The position numbers were made by a program, and so were the translations under genes. From positions 157,604,001 to 157,668,000 of the forward strand of contig NC_091476.1 of assembly GCF_036971445.1 (NCBI RefSeq): a stretch of DNA of 64,000 bases, in the 5' to 3' direction. The stretch comes from Narcine bancroftii. Its lineage: Eukaryota. Positions 23,860 through 38,433 of the stretch are shown here, piece after piece (within the stretch, counting starts at the first letter, position 1; each line of letters begins with the position of its first letter). The notes beneath the pieces were generated by a model. The model saw nothing but the letters and a program-made list of their open reading frames with translations, did not search any database and was not told the origin of the DNA.

Positions 23860-25300
23860 TTTACACAAACTTTTCTTGAATATTTAAAAGAAAAACTACC
23901 ATGATTACAAGAATAATACAATATATTTTAATTCTATATATAAACCTAAAAAAAGCTAAGAAAATACACCAAAACCCCCTCCACCCCCTACCCCTACAAA
24001 TATACCCCACCCTTGTTAGGTCTGCTTTGTTCATGAATGAGTGAGACAAACACCAGGCTGAGTCGAAATCAGGGTTCTTTGTTCTTTATTACCGGATTGT
24101 AACACTTGCGACTAACCATGTTAGTCGGAGAATGCATTCTGCCGTTATCAGCAAAATGGTGATTTTTTTATACCCTTGGATACATGCTTAGAACATCATC
24201 ATATCATTACTTGTCCAATGACTAAAACTGTTGCTATCCTTTCCCTGCTAGCTTCCTGCCTCTCAATCCATCAATGTCTCTCTTATCTTGTAAGTACAAG
24301 GATGCATTCACATCTTGTTACAGCCCTGCACATTCCCATCTCATGATGTTTTACCTAACACCCTCCAAACTTACCCCTATTTAAAAAAAAAAGTAAAAAG
24401 AGAATACCAAAACACCAATTCTTGTATTGTGGAATAAGGAAGCCCCATTATAACCAGATCACTGTCTTCAAATTTTCCAATTGAAATATCCAAATATGGG
24501 CTTCAAATCTTTTTAAAAACATAATATTTATTCCTTAAGTTGTACATTATCTTCTCCAATGGATACAAGTCCTTGATTCTGAATGCCATCTTTGTAAATT
24601 GAGTTTCACCTGGTCTTTCCATGAAATAACTATACATTTCCTCGCCAATGCCAATCTCAAAGCTATTTGAAATTTATCCAATTTAAAAAGCAAACCAAAC
24701 TCCCTAATATCCCCAATTTAAAAAAATTTTTTGATCTAAAGAATTTTATTTTCAAAATATTCTGTTAACAATCCTTAACTCGAGGCCAAAAGAGTTTAAC
24801 CTTATCACACAACCATACTGACAATTACATCAAAAACACAAATCAGAAATACTCAAATTATAACTTTTCAAATGCTCCAGAGTCGAGTATAATTGATGTA
24901 TAGGTTACAAACCTATACCTAACATTTATAATTTTTGTCATGCAAATAATTTTATCCAAATCATCTCCCAAATCTTTCTCCCATTTAAGTCTTGATTTAT
25001 GCAAATCAGTTTTAGGCATTTTCTGTTGCAATAATTTATACATCTCAGAAATAAAATCTTTCTTCCCTCCATCATGAACTAACATTTCAAATTTCGACTC
25101 TGGGTAAAAACAAATTCTTCCCAAAATAATCATGTAACATTGATTTAATTTGATAACAAAAAAAGAGTTTGAATGGTATTTGATATCTTTCTTTCAAATG
25201 ATAAAAAACTGACTTAATTCATAACAATTATTTATCATCTTAATCCCTTTCTGATCCCAAATCTTAAGAAGGTAATTATTAACCATAAAAGAAAAAAACT
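23860..25300 (-). mobile_element. L1/Tx1-like 3' fragment interrupted by a solo LTR
   Basis: Minus-strand ORF2 remnants (KFEMLV..KDFISEMYKLLQ..KSRLKWEKDL) homologous to 62476-62922. Confidence 0.75.
24014..24360. mobile_element. Solo LTR (347 bp)
   Basis: TGTTAGG...CCTAACA terminal inverted ends; 4-bp TSD CCCT at 24010-24013 and 24361-24364. Confidence 0.8.
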
Positions 25301-28300
25301 GAAGTATTTCTGCAATTGTGTTTCAAGTCTTAGTGTTTTGCCATTGGTTAATTTCACTTTTGAATACTGTGAGCTCTTCAAAGAAAAAGGATACTGAAGC
25401 TCTCAAATGACAGCAGTCCCTAATTGGCTATCTGGAAACCGAAATCACAATTGTCATTTCTATAGCTTTCAAAAATCAGGATTTTGGACAATTAGTCTTC
25501 AAGGCAGGAAAGGGCTGAACAATGCTTTATTGAAAAGTACTATTTGTGGACCTGTTTATTGAGGATGGTGTTTGTGATCAAGGTTGTATTGACTCAGTGA
25601 AAATGCAAATAGAATGTAAGAAAGATGTTGAAATTGGACAAGTACGGTGGGCATGTGATGTTAATTTGTTGGAATAGTATTGATTAGCAAGTATGGTGTA
25701 AATGAAAAATGCCACAATAGCAATGTTTGATGTTTTCCATTACCTGAAGATTTTTTTTGCCCAAAAAGTTGACAAGATCAGTAATTTCACAGAAAGACAA
25801 AGAAAGCAACATGTAAGCTTCCACCCCAACTCCATGTGCTCCAAATATATTAACATGCACAGAACTGTTTAATGTGTACAAATGGAGATGTATCCTATAT
25901 TAGAACTGTAAACAATGTTTGGAAATAATGGTTTGAATATGAAGGATGTGGGTTGTGATGTAGTTTCAACATGCACCAACCACATTGTTCCTTGGCAGAA
26001 TACCTGAAAACTGGTATTGAGTGTACACTTTATTAAATAAAAGCTTTGCCACAAGCTTTTAGTGGGATATGCATGTACCTTGCAAAAATAAAGCTTGGAC
26101 CAGTAGCTGCTTTTATTATATCTGACTTCTCTACATTAGCTGTCGTGTTCATCAATTAAGGCATTTGAATTGCTGAGGTTTCAATAAGGTCCACATGGAT
26201 TGCTGTGCTTGGAGTGCACCTTATGACTTGGGCAGCACTATGGCACAACCTGGCTCTACCACTTGGATAGAGGTTACACATGACCATGTGAGTTTTCTCC
26301 ACAATCTTAAAAAAGGGTTGGTTGATTGGAACTAAATTGTCCCAATTGTGATGGTAGAATCTGGGGTGCGTTGATGGGAATGTGATCCAAATTAAAAAAA
26401 AAGCTGATTGTAAATTGATAATTATGTGCATTTGGGCCTGCTTCCATTCTGCATGACTGAGATAACCTGAACTGCATGTCCGGAAACTTTGGTTTGTCCA
26501 TTCATTGCTAGTTTTCCACTGGGCTCCATCAAAAGCTTTGCTTTGGAAGCAGTGTAATATTTTGAGTTAAAAGCTGCAACCTTCCTGCATGTTAATGAAA
26601 CTTAGCATCCAACTTGGCGCTGAAATGTGTTGCCCAATAAGCAATAGAGTTGATGTTTCTGAGTAAATTTGGGGCATATTAAGAGCTTTGCCATTGCTCC
26701 TATTGTGTCCTCGTTTCTTCTGTGTCCCCAACACCAAAAAAGGATTAAAAATATGCTAGCATTTTATGAAAGTGCGGCCTTGAATGTAATATGTCAATCT
26801 TACAAGGGCAAGATGTGAAAACTTTGTTCACATGCTCAGGCATCCATAAGTGTGAAATGACGATGCTGTTTGAATCAAGATTTTTCCTCTTAATTTATGA
26901 AGTGCTTGGTACCATGGATTCCACTAGTATTTCCAGCTTCTACAGATGGTTCTGTGTAGATGTTTGGGGTAAATTTAATAGTACCAAAGTGGTCACTTAC
27001 ACAAACTTTATTGACATGAGCTTGGAGCCATTTTGATTGCAATTTGATAAGGATATTTGGTTCATGGATTAACAATTCAGGAGTACTTCTGTACTTGTGT
27101 GTTGTTTGGAGTGCTGCTCTATTTACCTTGATGATTTTGATGTTTCTGCATTAGGTGGATTTGAATTTGACCACTACTTTTGGCTAACAGCTACCCTCTT
27201 TTTGGAGCTTTCAGCTGGGCACCCTGGATTCCCACAAGATGGCAGTAACAGTACAGTACACTTTCCAATGTGAGAGGCTCATTCACTTGGTTTGGAAGCT
27301 TTATCTATTTGAACATCACTTTTTAAAAATGTTGGATTGCAATCAACTCATTGAAAATGCAATTCATTATTTCATATTACTTTGTTGCCTAGGGATAGAG
27401 TAATACAGCACCTGGACCTTTGTGCTGATCATTGTCTATTCCTACCTACCACACTTGGCCTCTGGCCTATGCTGTGTAATTCAAATGCTCATTCAGATTC
27501 AATATTGTGAAAGTATGTCTCCTTCATCTTCGCAGGCCCTGCATTCCAGATTGCCGTCACCCACTGCTTAAAGAATTCTTACTTTGATCCCCTTAAACAT
27601 CAGCCCTCTTCTCATCGACACTTATTTTTTTTACTATGTATTCTATGTCCCTCCTAATGTTGAATACGTCTAATAAGAGGTTCTGCCCTCAGCCTCTGCT
27701 CCAAAGGAACTTAACTACCCAGTGTTTCTTAACTGAACAGTTCCATCCTGGTGAATCTTTGCCTCCTCTGGGACAATTACTCTTGAGAATAAGAGAGTGT
27801 TCACTATTTGAGTTGTGGCTAATCATTGTTTTATAGTGTGAAGTACATGCTCTTATATTCTATGCTCTAATGAAGGCCAATATCTTGTGTTCTACTCTCA
27901 CCACTAACAGTACAAAGAGATTTCAAGGATTTGGATCAATGATGCAGGAAGTACATTTCAATAGAATATTTACCAAAGCTACAAGTACACTATTAAAGAA
28001 TCTCAGTCCTTTCTGCTGTTGGTAATTTTATTTGACTGGAGGTACTTGTCACCGTCTTCTATTCCAGTGGTTGGCGAGGTCTGTTGAGCTGGTTTATAGC
28101 ACATGCATATAGTACTAAGCTTGTGCTTCTTTCCCAATATACATGCAATCATTGATAATATTGCAAAGCTAATTTGCCCACCATACACAAAATCACTTAC
28201 AGCACTGGGTTTATCAGCTACATATTTTAGGTCAGATGTTTATTCTCAAATAATCAAAAGGAAATGTCATACTAAGGCAGACAAAGATTTGCCATTAACA

Positions 28301-28419
28301 TTGACCAGTCCCCTTGCAATCAGAGAAAGAAGCAAAAGGGTCCCAGTGCTCACTAGACTCCAAATTATTACCAACTTGAGCCCAGATCCAAACCGCCGAC
28401 ACAATTAAGTCTTTGGCAC

Positions 28420-28915
28420 CCTGGGCCCTTCGGAGCTCTTCTTGCACTCTGCACCCTCTCAAATATCTGGTTCTCATAAGTTGGTCTCCTGCCGCCTGGT
28501 GGGAGTCCGCTGATCTCAAGTTGCCAGTGTGGTTTCCTCATTGCCAACGGCTTGATGCCTACGTGGGTCCTTCAGCAGTGAGCCCCTTGCTGATCTGCCA
28601 CTGGGGTCATTGTCCATGGGGATTGTCTCTGCTTCTCAATGGAGGTGGTTTTCTCTCTCTGTTTCTGGCTGTCTGCTGTTCACCTGGAGTTGGCAATCCC
28701 TTGTGGCCACTGGCAAAGACGGGTGCTGACATCTTAGGCCCAAATCCCATGGCCTCAGGTTTTTAAATCAAACCCTGTCTGCTCCTTTAACAGGCTGTGT
28801 AAAGCCTTTGAGTGATCAGCAGAAGGACCCTTCAGGGGAGTGAGTGCTGTGTCACCACTCCCTGGGTCAGCACTCGCAGTGTGCTGCAGTTGTAGCAGCT
28901 CCAGCAGTGGCATAA
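28420..28915 (-). mobile_element. Non-autonomous repeat of the same family as 7400-8195
   Basis: Reverse complement shares ggcctaagatg.cagcacc and ..agagagaaaaccacc.. segments with 7590-7930. Confidence 0.5.
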
Positions 28916-29072
28916 CTCAAGGCCTTGAGGTTTTTATTTATTTATTGTTTTCCCCAGGCGTGTGTGCTGTTGGCTAACTCTTACAATATATTAAAATCAT
29001 TACCTCTGTTGCTATTTTTAGGGAGTAATGGACTTGTTCACCAAGATCCCTCTAATCGTCAGTATTTTGTAG

Positions 29073-29258
29073 TCTCTTCTTTGGCTTGGCTTCGCGGACG
29101 AAGATTTATGGAGGGGTAATGTCCACGTCAGCTGCAGGCTCGTTTGTGGCTGACAAGTCCGATGCGGGACAGGCAGGCACGGTTGCAGCGGCTGCAGGGG
29201 AAAATTGGTTGGTTGGGGTTGGGTGTTGGGTTTTTCCTCCTTTGCCTTTTGTCAGTGA
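29073..29258 (-). mobile_element. RTE-clade LINE 3' end
   Basis: Reverse complement of the 3' end of 9475-10461. Confidence 0.9.
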
Positions 29259-29419
29259 CCTTCACTATTCATGTGTGTTCTATTCTTATATGACCCACCA
29301 AAAACGCATTAGCTTACACTTAACCAGAATTAAATTCCACCTGCTGAACTTACTAGTTAATATTATTCTTCAGGTGAACACCCACCCTCCTCACTATCAA
29401 CAATATTATCAATTGCAAA

Positions 29420-30365
29420 GAGAGTGGTAATGGATGGTTACTTCTCAGACTGGAGGCCTGTGACTAGTGCCTCAGGGATCCGTGTCGAGACCGTTGCTGT
29501 TTGTTGTCTACATCGATCTGGATGATAATGTGGTAAATTTGCTAGGAGGCATTGTGGACAGCAAGGAAGATTTTCAAAGCTTGCAGAGGGGTCTGGACCA
29601 ACTGGGAGAATGGGCCAAATAATGGCAGATGGAGTTTAATGCTGTCAAGTGTTGCATTTTGCAAGAGCAAACCAAGGTAGGTCATACACAGTAAATGGAA
29701 GGGTGCAGAGGAGCAAAGAGAGCTGGGAATACAGATACATAATTCCCTGAAAGTGGTGACAGGGTTGTAAAAAAAACTTTTGACATCCGAGCCTTAATAA
29801 ATCAAAGTATTGAGTAGAGGAGTTGGGATGTTATATTAAAGTTGTTTAAGACATTGGTGAGGCCAAAATTGGAATATTGTGTGCAGTTCTGGTTGCCTAA
29901 CAACAGGAAGGATATCAATATGATTGAAAGAGTGCAGAGAAGATTTACTAGGATGTTGCTGGGTCTTCAGGAGTTGGGTTACAGCGAAAGATGAAACAAG
30001 TTAGAACTTTAATTCCTTGGAGTGTAGAAGAATGAGGGGAGATTTGATAGAGGTTTACAAGATTGAGAGGTATAGACTGAATGCAAGTAGGCTTTTTCCT
30101 ATTAGATTGGGGGATGGGGGAGATAAATACGAGAGGTCATAATTTTAAGCTGGAGGAAAGGTTTAGGGAGAACATTAGGGGGAAGTTCTTCACTCAGAGT
30201 GGTGGAAGTGTGGAATGAGCTGCCAACTGATGTGAATGCAGGCTCTATCTTAAGTTTAAAGAATAAATTGGATAAATACATAGATGGGAGAGGACTGGAA
30301 GGTTATGGAATGATGGTTGGCACAGACTAAAGGGCTAAATGGCCTGTTTTCTTTGATACGGCTTT
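29420..30365 (+). mobile_element. CR1-clade LINE 3' fragment (decayed)
   Basis: Remnants of PQGSV.GPLLF, WA..WQMEFN..KC and LEYCVQFW, plus the 3' UTR. Confidence 0.8.
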
Positions 30366-30529
30366 CTATAGTTCTAATCATATTTTCTAATATTAACATC
30401 TAAGTCAATATTGAAAAACAATATGGGTCCATGTGCTACATTACTGGCTACAGTCTTTCATTCTCAAAAACAACCCTTTTCTGTCACCCTCTGCAAACAA
30501 TAAAAAGCCATTTTTGATTCAAAAATAAA

Positions 30530-30810
30530 ACATGAAAGTCTGAGACATCGTGGTTGAAGTAAAAATGCAATGCTGGAGAAACTCCGGTCAAACAATGTCC
30601 TTTATATAGAAAAGATCAAAATACATAATTGATGTTATGGGCTTGAGCTCTTCATCAAGGTATGGGAAAAATGTTGGCAGGCATACAAATAAAAGGGTAA
30701 GGGGGAGGTAATAGGTGGAGAAGGGAGGGAGGACACAGCAGCAAGCAAGGGGAGGAGGGATGGCTAGGTGAATAGAGAGGGAAGGGGGTGGAGAGCTGAG
30801 GGGAAGGGAA
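30530..30810 (-). mobile_element. Penelope-like element terminus
   Basis: Reverse complement of the tail that follows the GIY-YIG remnant at 46465-46825. Confidence 0.55.
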
Positions 30811-33800
30811 GTTTTGGCAGGTGGTGGTAGAGGGTGACTGGTTGGGTCTCAGGCCCAGAAAGTGAAGTGCTTTAAAATCTTCTGTGTGGGGGAATGGAAG
30901 TATAAAAAGATTGGATATTCATTGTTAAAATTAGGTGGTCCAGTTCAGGGAATTTGAAGTCATTGAAGAGATGGAAGATATCTGAGGTATTTTGCCTTCC
31001 CTCTAGTGTTTTTTAGACAGCAATGTTGGAAAAATCTGAAAAATGTAATATAAATGAACATAATTACTCCCTTTGTGGTCATATACACTGTGCACCCTAA
31101 GTTCCTGTGCCCCTTTGTCCCAGTGCTTTTACGTGGAGCAACATGGCCTGAGTCATCAGCTGGATGTCAGATTCATGATGTGAGTTTTGCGGTGCAATTT
31201 CGACTGCAGGCTTCCCCCTAAAAGTAGTAGGGGTCCTGCAGAATAAATCAGGGTGCAGGAATTAACTTCCTGAACTGTCCTTTTTAGATTGCCCATGTAA
31301 CAGTTGATTGTACCATTACATGCCTAGAGTCTAAAAACCCTATCTGTCTTCTTTCCCTCAGCTTTCCACCCCCTTCTGTTTACCTAGCCTTCCATCCGTT
31401 CTCCATCTATTAGTTCCTCCTTTTGTGAACATGCTCCTCCCCCTTCCTATTTTATGCAGATACATGCTAACATTTTTCCAAACTCAATGCAGGGTTCAAG
31501 CCTGAAATATCAGTTATGTATTTTATTCTGTTCTAAAGAGCACTTGACCTGCTGAGTTTCTACAGCATTGTTTTTCTTTCCCATTTTTGGAAATAATTTG
31601 CTATGGTTCACTTGGGCTTTCATCTTTTGGATCAGCCTTACATTTGGAACTTTGTCAAAGGTCTGACTCAAGTCCATGCAAACTATATCAGCTGCACTCC
31701 ATAATATATTTGGCCAGCTATTCAAAAAAGATGAATCAAGTTAGATAGGATCTCCCACCAAAAGTTTTATCCCCATCTTTCTTGGTGTAGATTAATCCTC
31801 CCCACTCCTCCAATTTTTTTCACAAATTTCACTGTAAATTGCATTAGACTGGCTTTAATTTCCTGCATTATTGCTGCTGTCTATCTTGAATAAATTTATG
31901 CATCTCTCTCATCTTTCAGTCACCTGGTGTGTCACTTGTGGCTAATGAAGATTTAAATATTCCAGGAACATAGCAATCTGCTGCCTTACCTCCCATAGCA
32001 ACCTGGAGTTTATCTCATCAGGTCCCAGGGATTTACACATGCTAAAACATCTGACACTTACCAACTCCAACTACAATGTCTTTCTCCTAAGGGATGACAA
32101 GTGAAAACTATTCTTTAAAGAGCTTAGCCCATGCCATTCTGCTTATTTAGGACACTTTATTGGCAAGTAATTTACATTTCTGGCTTGCAGATGCTGGAGA
32201 CGTTTTGAAGGTATCAGGGAAGATCCTGATTAAGCAATAGAGAAAGGAGATCCTATTGTTTTTCCAGCTGCAATGTTTAGATGGCGGGCCTATCAATCAC
32301 TGAATTTCTTTATCACATCTACTTTCTGAAACTCTGTCGGTTAGATTTCAATCTTTCTCTGAACATTGATGCTGTAGGTCATCTAACGAGGAAGCCGTGT
32401 TATGCAAGCTGAACATTTTTTAAATTGTCCATGCACCTGTTTTTCCAGCAGAGGTCAGGAGCTGGCCAACCTTGCTTGATGCAGAATCACATTTCACAAC
32501 AGATCTTGTCCACGTCATTCAAATGAAGCAGAAACAATGAAAAATAAATGAGTGTGTGAACGACAAAACATCAAGGATTGGAAAATTGACATACTCCACA
32601 GGCCACCTTAAGCCAACATTCACAGATGTTCATTTCTCAGCAAATTAAAGATCAGAAACACTGCCTTACTGATTCTCTACCTTCCCAGCCCAGATTTAGA
32701 CATTTCTATTCACTATAATTAGAAATTATAATGAACTTCCCATTTTTCACTTGCCCCTTTCCCAAGTTCTCAACTGTGATGATCTCCACTGCTAATTTCA
32801 ACAGTTTTACAGACTACTTGTCTTTCCCACCCAGAAAACCTTTCCTGGTCCTCTGACCTCTATATTTGAGAGCATTCTACTGGTCGCACCAAACACATCA
32901 CCCAAAGTTCCAAAAGGGCATCCACCTGGGTCTACTCTCTTCATTGCACATTGATTGTGATCCAATACAGCCCCTCTCCTCAAAAGCAGTGTTCCAATAG
33001 CCACCAGCCTGCTTGGGAATGATGCTAGTGAGATCTGAAACATGGACTTGGGGAAGGAGGATGAGATTGCCCACTCATAAGTGAATGCATGCAGTGTCTC
33101 GGCTTAAAGTGAACTTGAGTCTTTAAGGGGTAGGTGCATTTGATTTCTTGGTAAGACTACCATGAACAAATAAAATGCACCTTTACCTTCATGATGTGGT
33201 GGCAGAGTTGAATTACAATTCTATAGGGAATAAGTTAGATCACCACTATTTTGTCCTTAACCAGAAGCTAATTGGTGGGTGGCTCTGCATTTCTCATGAA
33301 CCCATTTTCAAAGTGCAAGCCCATTAACAGATGTTGCAGCCTTAAATTAACCATGGTCTTCACTATTAGTGTTGTAGGTTTTAGAAAGGCTGAAGAATTA
33401 TAGGTTTTAGAAAGGCCAAAGAATTACAGATTAGAAAGTTTGACCACTGTTTAATATCTAAATGTGTAAATAGCAGGGAAGTTTTAAAAATGAATTTTAT
33501 TTTAGCTCTATAACATGCACAAGGTATTTAAATATTAGAAAAAACCAGCTTTAGCTTGATGTGGTATCCAAATGATCAGTTTACCAACTGATCAAAATCT
33601 TCTCAGAAACCATACATCAGATTACCAACCTGCAAAATAAACAAGCAAACATCCTCTTGCATTTTATGTTTGAAGTAAAAGTTTCACTGTTATAAATGTT
33701 ATCTGAGCAGTGAATCTTAAATCTTTGAGAAATGCATGTGTCAGCATCTAAGGGAGTGAAACAATTAATCACAATACTTGGGTTCTCCAAAATAAAACTC

Positions 33801-34028
33801 TGCTTGGAGCTTTTTTTAATCCACCAAACAAGTTATAAACTTCCAAAATTACTCAGAACATTGCACAGGATTTTTATCAAAGATGGATCCATCATTGAGA
33901 TCATTGCACAAAAGATTTTGCAGGTACATTTCTACTGAAAACCCTATTTACACAATACAAAGGTATAAAACATCACAACCCCTGCATCACCTGGGAGGTT
34001 GAGCTTTTGAAGTAGTCACGAAAACAAG

Positions 34029-34194
34029 TTAAACAGCTGTGCCTCTCTCCAAATTCTGTTTGATCTCGGCAGTATATTTTCCATAGAAGCGCTCTGCCTT
34101 CTTGTTGAAGTTGGCATTTCTCTCATTAATATAGTCAATATCAGCATCATCGTTGTAACGGCGGCGTCTGCTGTACTTGGCACGCTTCTCAATT
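34029..34194 (-). CDS. SYF2: Pre-mRNA-splicing factor SYF2, terminal coding exon 7
   Basis: ttttgcag|A; [54 protein letters not shown], the conserved SYF2 C-terminus. Confidence 0.97.
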
Positions 34195-34204
34195 CTGCAA
34201 AAGA

Positions 34205-34585
34205 TTCAGAGTACATACGTACATTATATACAACCCGCTTTCTTTTTCCTGCGGGCGAGGCCGAATGTCCTCTTATTGGTAGTGCAAAGAACTGTACTCA
34301 ACTTACATATGTAAACTGACTGTGCCACAGAGAGAGAGAAAAAAAATCAATCTAGTGCAAATGTAAGAGTCCTTAAGTGCCTCACTGATTGAGTTTGTTG
34401 TCGAGGAGTCTGATGGTCCAGAACCTTGAGGTGTGCGTCTCATGGCACATATACCTCTTTCCTAATGGTAGTAGTGAGAGCAGAGCGTGTGCTGGGTGGT
34501 GTGGAGCCTTGATGATTGCTGCTGCTCTCCCACAACATCGTTCCCTGTAGACATTCTTGATGGTGGGGAGGGTTTACAGGTGAGA
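34205..34585 (-). mobile_element. Rex1/Babar-like LINE 3' fragment
   Basis: Homologous to 49980-50250 and 48680-48780. Confidence 0.65.
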
Positions 34586-36402
34586 TGGAAAGGAATTCAA
34601 ACCAGAGACTGTTGTCTTGCATTTATACAGTGGCTGTCATTTCCCCATCCAGCATGTATAAAAGCATTTTGCAGGTAACAAATTATTTGTTTTAAACTAG
34701 TCACTGTTGAAATATGGAAGAATAGATCTAACTCACAGCTCTAGCGGACTCCTACAAACTTATGTTGCAGCTCCACTTGTTTGCTATGGCACAGCAAGAT
34801 AAGTTGCACTGTAGGATGCCACTTAGCACCCATCTGTAAAGCAGAGGAGGCTGTACAAATGGCCTTTTACTGCTCTAAAGGGGTTATTTCATTATTTTAT
34901 ATGTCCCAGATATTCAGAGGCTTTTAAAAGTTTAAACTGATTTTAAAAGATTTATTTGCAAAATAACATAAGCAATAAATTTAGTTAAAATATATTGGAA
35001 TTGAAAATATAAATACACTGTACAATAAAATCAAAACATTTAACAACTTATTTTTTAAGGGAAGTCAAATGGTAACCATGACTGGTGCAGAACTGAAAAC
35101 CAGATACAAATGCACTTGCTCCCTCCACTTTGTACATTTTTCTGGAACCCACACTGGACTTCATGGCAAAATGTGGAAGTCAAAGATGTATCGGAGGCAG
35201 GAATTACAAATCTGATTCAATGTTTTTGCACTGTTGATCAAGTGTAAAATAATGAGTAAAACAAAATAATAATTTTTTAAATATCCAAAGAGGCAGTCAG
35301 GATCTCCCATAAGATGGCATTCCTGACTGTGTAATGCTTCCACAGTAATGGACTGAAGCATCAGCCTAGATTTCATGTTCTATTTTCAACCCACATTGAT
35401 GGTGCCACCAACATAAATGTTAGCAACAACCCTAGAGTAAGTTATGCTTCTTCACTAAAAACATGTAATTGATATTTTCAAAGATTTTATCTTTCCATAA
35501 TTATTTTCACTATTTTAGAGATACATAGGGACTTGAGGCTGTGGTATCCCAAAGAAATGTTATTTCCCACTGGCTACTGATAGTTAACTCAGACTGTCCA
35601 GCATGTCTGATTGTCTTATATTCTGACAGGCTGTTTAGCCATTGAAGTCTGAAAGTGGAAGTATAAAAGGGTTGACATGCAGGAACTTTGTCATTCTCAG
35701 AAAAAGTTCTCCTCTCAACAAGACTGTAAAATAACAACTTTATTTCCGTTCAGTAACAAAGTCAAGGAGGCCCTCTGTGCTGGGTTTCTTATCCAGAAAA
35801 AAAAATCTTATTTGGATAATATATTCAATGGATTTATTTCTTGACAGCTAGGATATTAGCTCCTTCCACATTTTTGGAGGCTATTCCTGGCATCAGAAAA
35901 CAATTACATCATTCAGAATTTACCAACAGCCCCACAGGGTCCATTCAGAAATTTGATGCACATTCTTCCATGGTCATATACAAGAATAACTTGAAAATTG
36001 GAATTCTTCCAGCAAAAGGACACACTACAGGCATGCAATTTAATTAGAAGTACAGTCATCATTAAACCCTTGTATCATCTTAGAAAATATAAATTATTAC
36101 AATAAACAGCTGGAATTATCTAGTAATTGTTGTAGTACAGATTCATCTGTTTAATACTAATAGGAAGACATTACAAAATGATTGATATAAGGTGCTAGCT
36201 GAATAATCAAAGCAATTTCTTCATAGGTTTCCAGCTAGGCATTATTACAATTTTGCATGGTAAATAATAGTTTCTATCAGCAGTAGATGGTTAAAGGAAT
36301 GTTTGCACTTCTATTCCTTCGGCAGGATTAATTAATCTTCTCTGTTATGCATATTTTACAACAACATAATACATAATGATGGATTAAAAAAATAACACTT
36401 AC

Positions 36403-36501
36403 TGTTTATCGACATCAGCCACTAGTCTGTCCACACCTTCTTTGGTAGGAACATGCGTACCATGAAGAAGACTATTTGCAGTTGCATAGAATTCCTCTCC
36501 T
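36403..36501 (-). CDS. SYF2: SYF2 coding exon 6
   Basis: ggacag|A...CA|gtaagt; GEEFYATANSLLHGTHVPTKEGVDRLVADVDKQ. Confidence 0.95.
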
Positions 36502-37581
36502 CTGTCCATAAGAAATATAAAAAACCCTGAGCGTGGTTGAAAGACGCTTTATATTTCCAGTATTCAGAGCAGAAAAATATATAATGTTATCAGTGATTGT
36601 CCTACATGAAAGAGATGCTCTTTTAAGCCAAGGAATCCAAATACAAGTGCACCTTCAACCTTGAAGAATTATTCCTTAGAAGGAATGCTCCAAATAAAAA
36701 TATAAGCAATCAGATATTTGCATGTGGCTTTTTTATATGGGGGGGGGGGAAGAGAGAGAGAGCGAGAGAGAGAGAGAGAGAGAGAGAAAAGCAGAGCGGT
36801 GGGATCAGTGGTAGGCTATCGGGGGAGCGGGACCAGTGCGGGGACCGACAGCAGGCTGCCAGGAGAGTCTCCTGACAGGCCGTTACCAGGCCCCACAATG
36901 ATCCCACTGCCCCGTTCCCCTACCCCCACCCTGACAGCCCTCCTCCATGATAGATGGTGGTGATACTAGTGAGCCACACAGCGACGATGATCACTCTTGA
37001 TATTTCTCACCATCACCCTAATTTCAACTTCGCATACCAGACTAGGGGATATTTTTTAGTGAATAAAGTGGGTCTTGCATGTCATCTAATATGGTAAGAT
37101 GAGGCAACACTGATATGTAAAGTACAAATTATGTTAATCCAATTTGATAGAATTATTTGATGAGTCTTGACGTAGATAATGTTGTTTATGGAAGTCATAT
37201 TATCAAAATCTTAGCAGCTATTTGCCTTTTGACCCTTTTGAACATTATACAAACAGGACTGTGATAGTTATTTGATCAATATTCACAAACCTTTTGACTT
37301 TTAACTAAATTTGACTTCTTAATCAATACCAAATCTAAAATGGGCAGTTCCAAGCGTTTAGAGGCATTTTAGCAATTAACAAAGTGGCATATAAAGACAG
37401 CTCTATATTATAAAGTCCAACACAGGTCAGTGTCAGTGGATATAAAACTCCTTGTTTATGTCTAAACAAAGTGGAAATAATCAATTAATTAAACAATTGA
37501 TTCTAGGCCATTCTCACATTCCAGTTTTACTCTTGCACTGAATAGATAGATTGGAAAGTGTATTTTTAAATAGCAACTCAC

Positions 37582-37672
37582 GTATCATTCTTCTGCTTCT
37601 TATATTGCTCCATGTCTGGTTTAATCTGCTTCACTAATCTTTGATACTGCCGGAACTGGGCAGCTGCAAAAT
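37582..37672 (-). CDS. SYF2: SYF2 coding exon 5
   Basis: cctttcag|AT...AC|gtgagt; [31 protein letters not shown]. Confidence 0.95.
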
Positions 37673-38315
37673 CTGAAAGGGACACATAAAAACATCTAAC
37701 AAATATCTTACCATCAGAATTGTCATCTCCAGTTTAGAAATGTACAATTTTAATTAAATAATATTTCTTTAATTCCATGTGAAGATGTATTTTCCTAGCA
37801 AAAAGGCTTAAAATGTTCAAACTGTAGCACTGATTATGTCATCTTAGACCAGTATCTTAGCTTGGATGAGGTAGTTGGACGGGTAGGAGTGAAAGTAAAG
37901 CCTGGGTTTCTACCCCTGATTCTATCACCAGCCTCTATTCAGTGAGCACAATGTTATGCAAGGTCTCATTCCGGTTCTGGAAATATTCACTCCACAGGTT
38001 CGTATCAGAAAATGTCAAAATATTGACATTGTATCAATCAATTTTTAAAACAGAGGGAACACTGGGAACCACAAAGTTGCCTTCTGGCATAATACAATCG
38101 GACATTTTTAGTTACATTCGATCCTTTGGAATACATTAAAAAGTGGTGGCCATGAACGTGGAGCCACAGTTACTTTACCTCATCTCACTTGCAACCAAAT
38201 GACAAGATAATTCATACGAAATTAAGTATTCTTAATATGATAGCACAATCGACTGATGTTCAGCACACACTTGTTGAATTTCTAGCATTGCCTGGATATT
38301 AAACAAACTGAATAC

Positions 38316-38433
38316 CTGAAAATCCAGGATCTGCATTTTTCTTTTTCTTCTTTCGTTCCCAACGCTCTGCATCTTCAGCACCAATTTCTAACAGCTTAAC
38401 TCGTTCATAATCTTCTCCCTTTTCTAGACACTC
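38316..38433 (-). CDS. SYF2: SYF2 coding exon 4
   Basis: cctttag|GAG...TCAG|gtattc; [39 protein letters not shown]. Confidence 0.95.
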
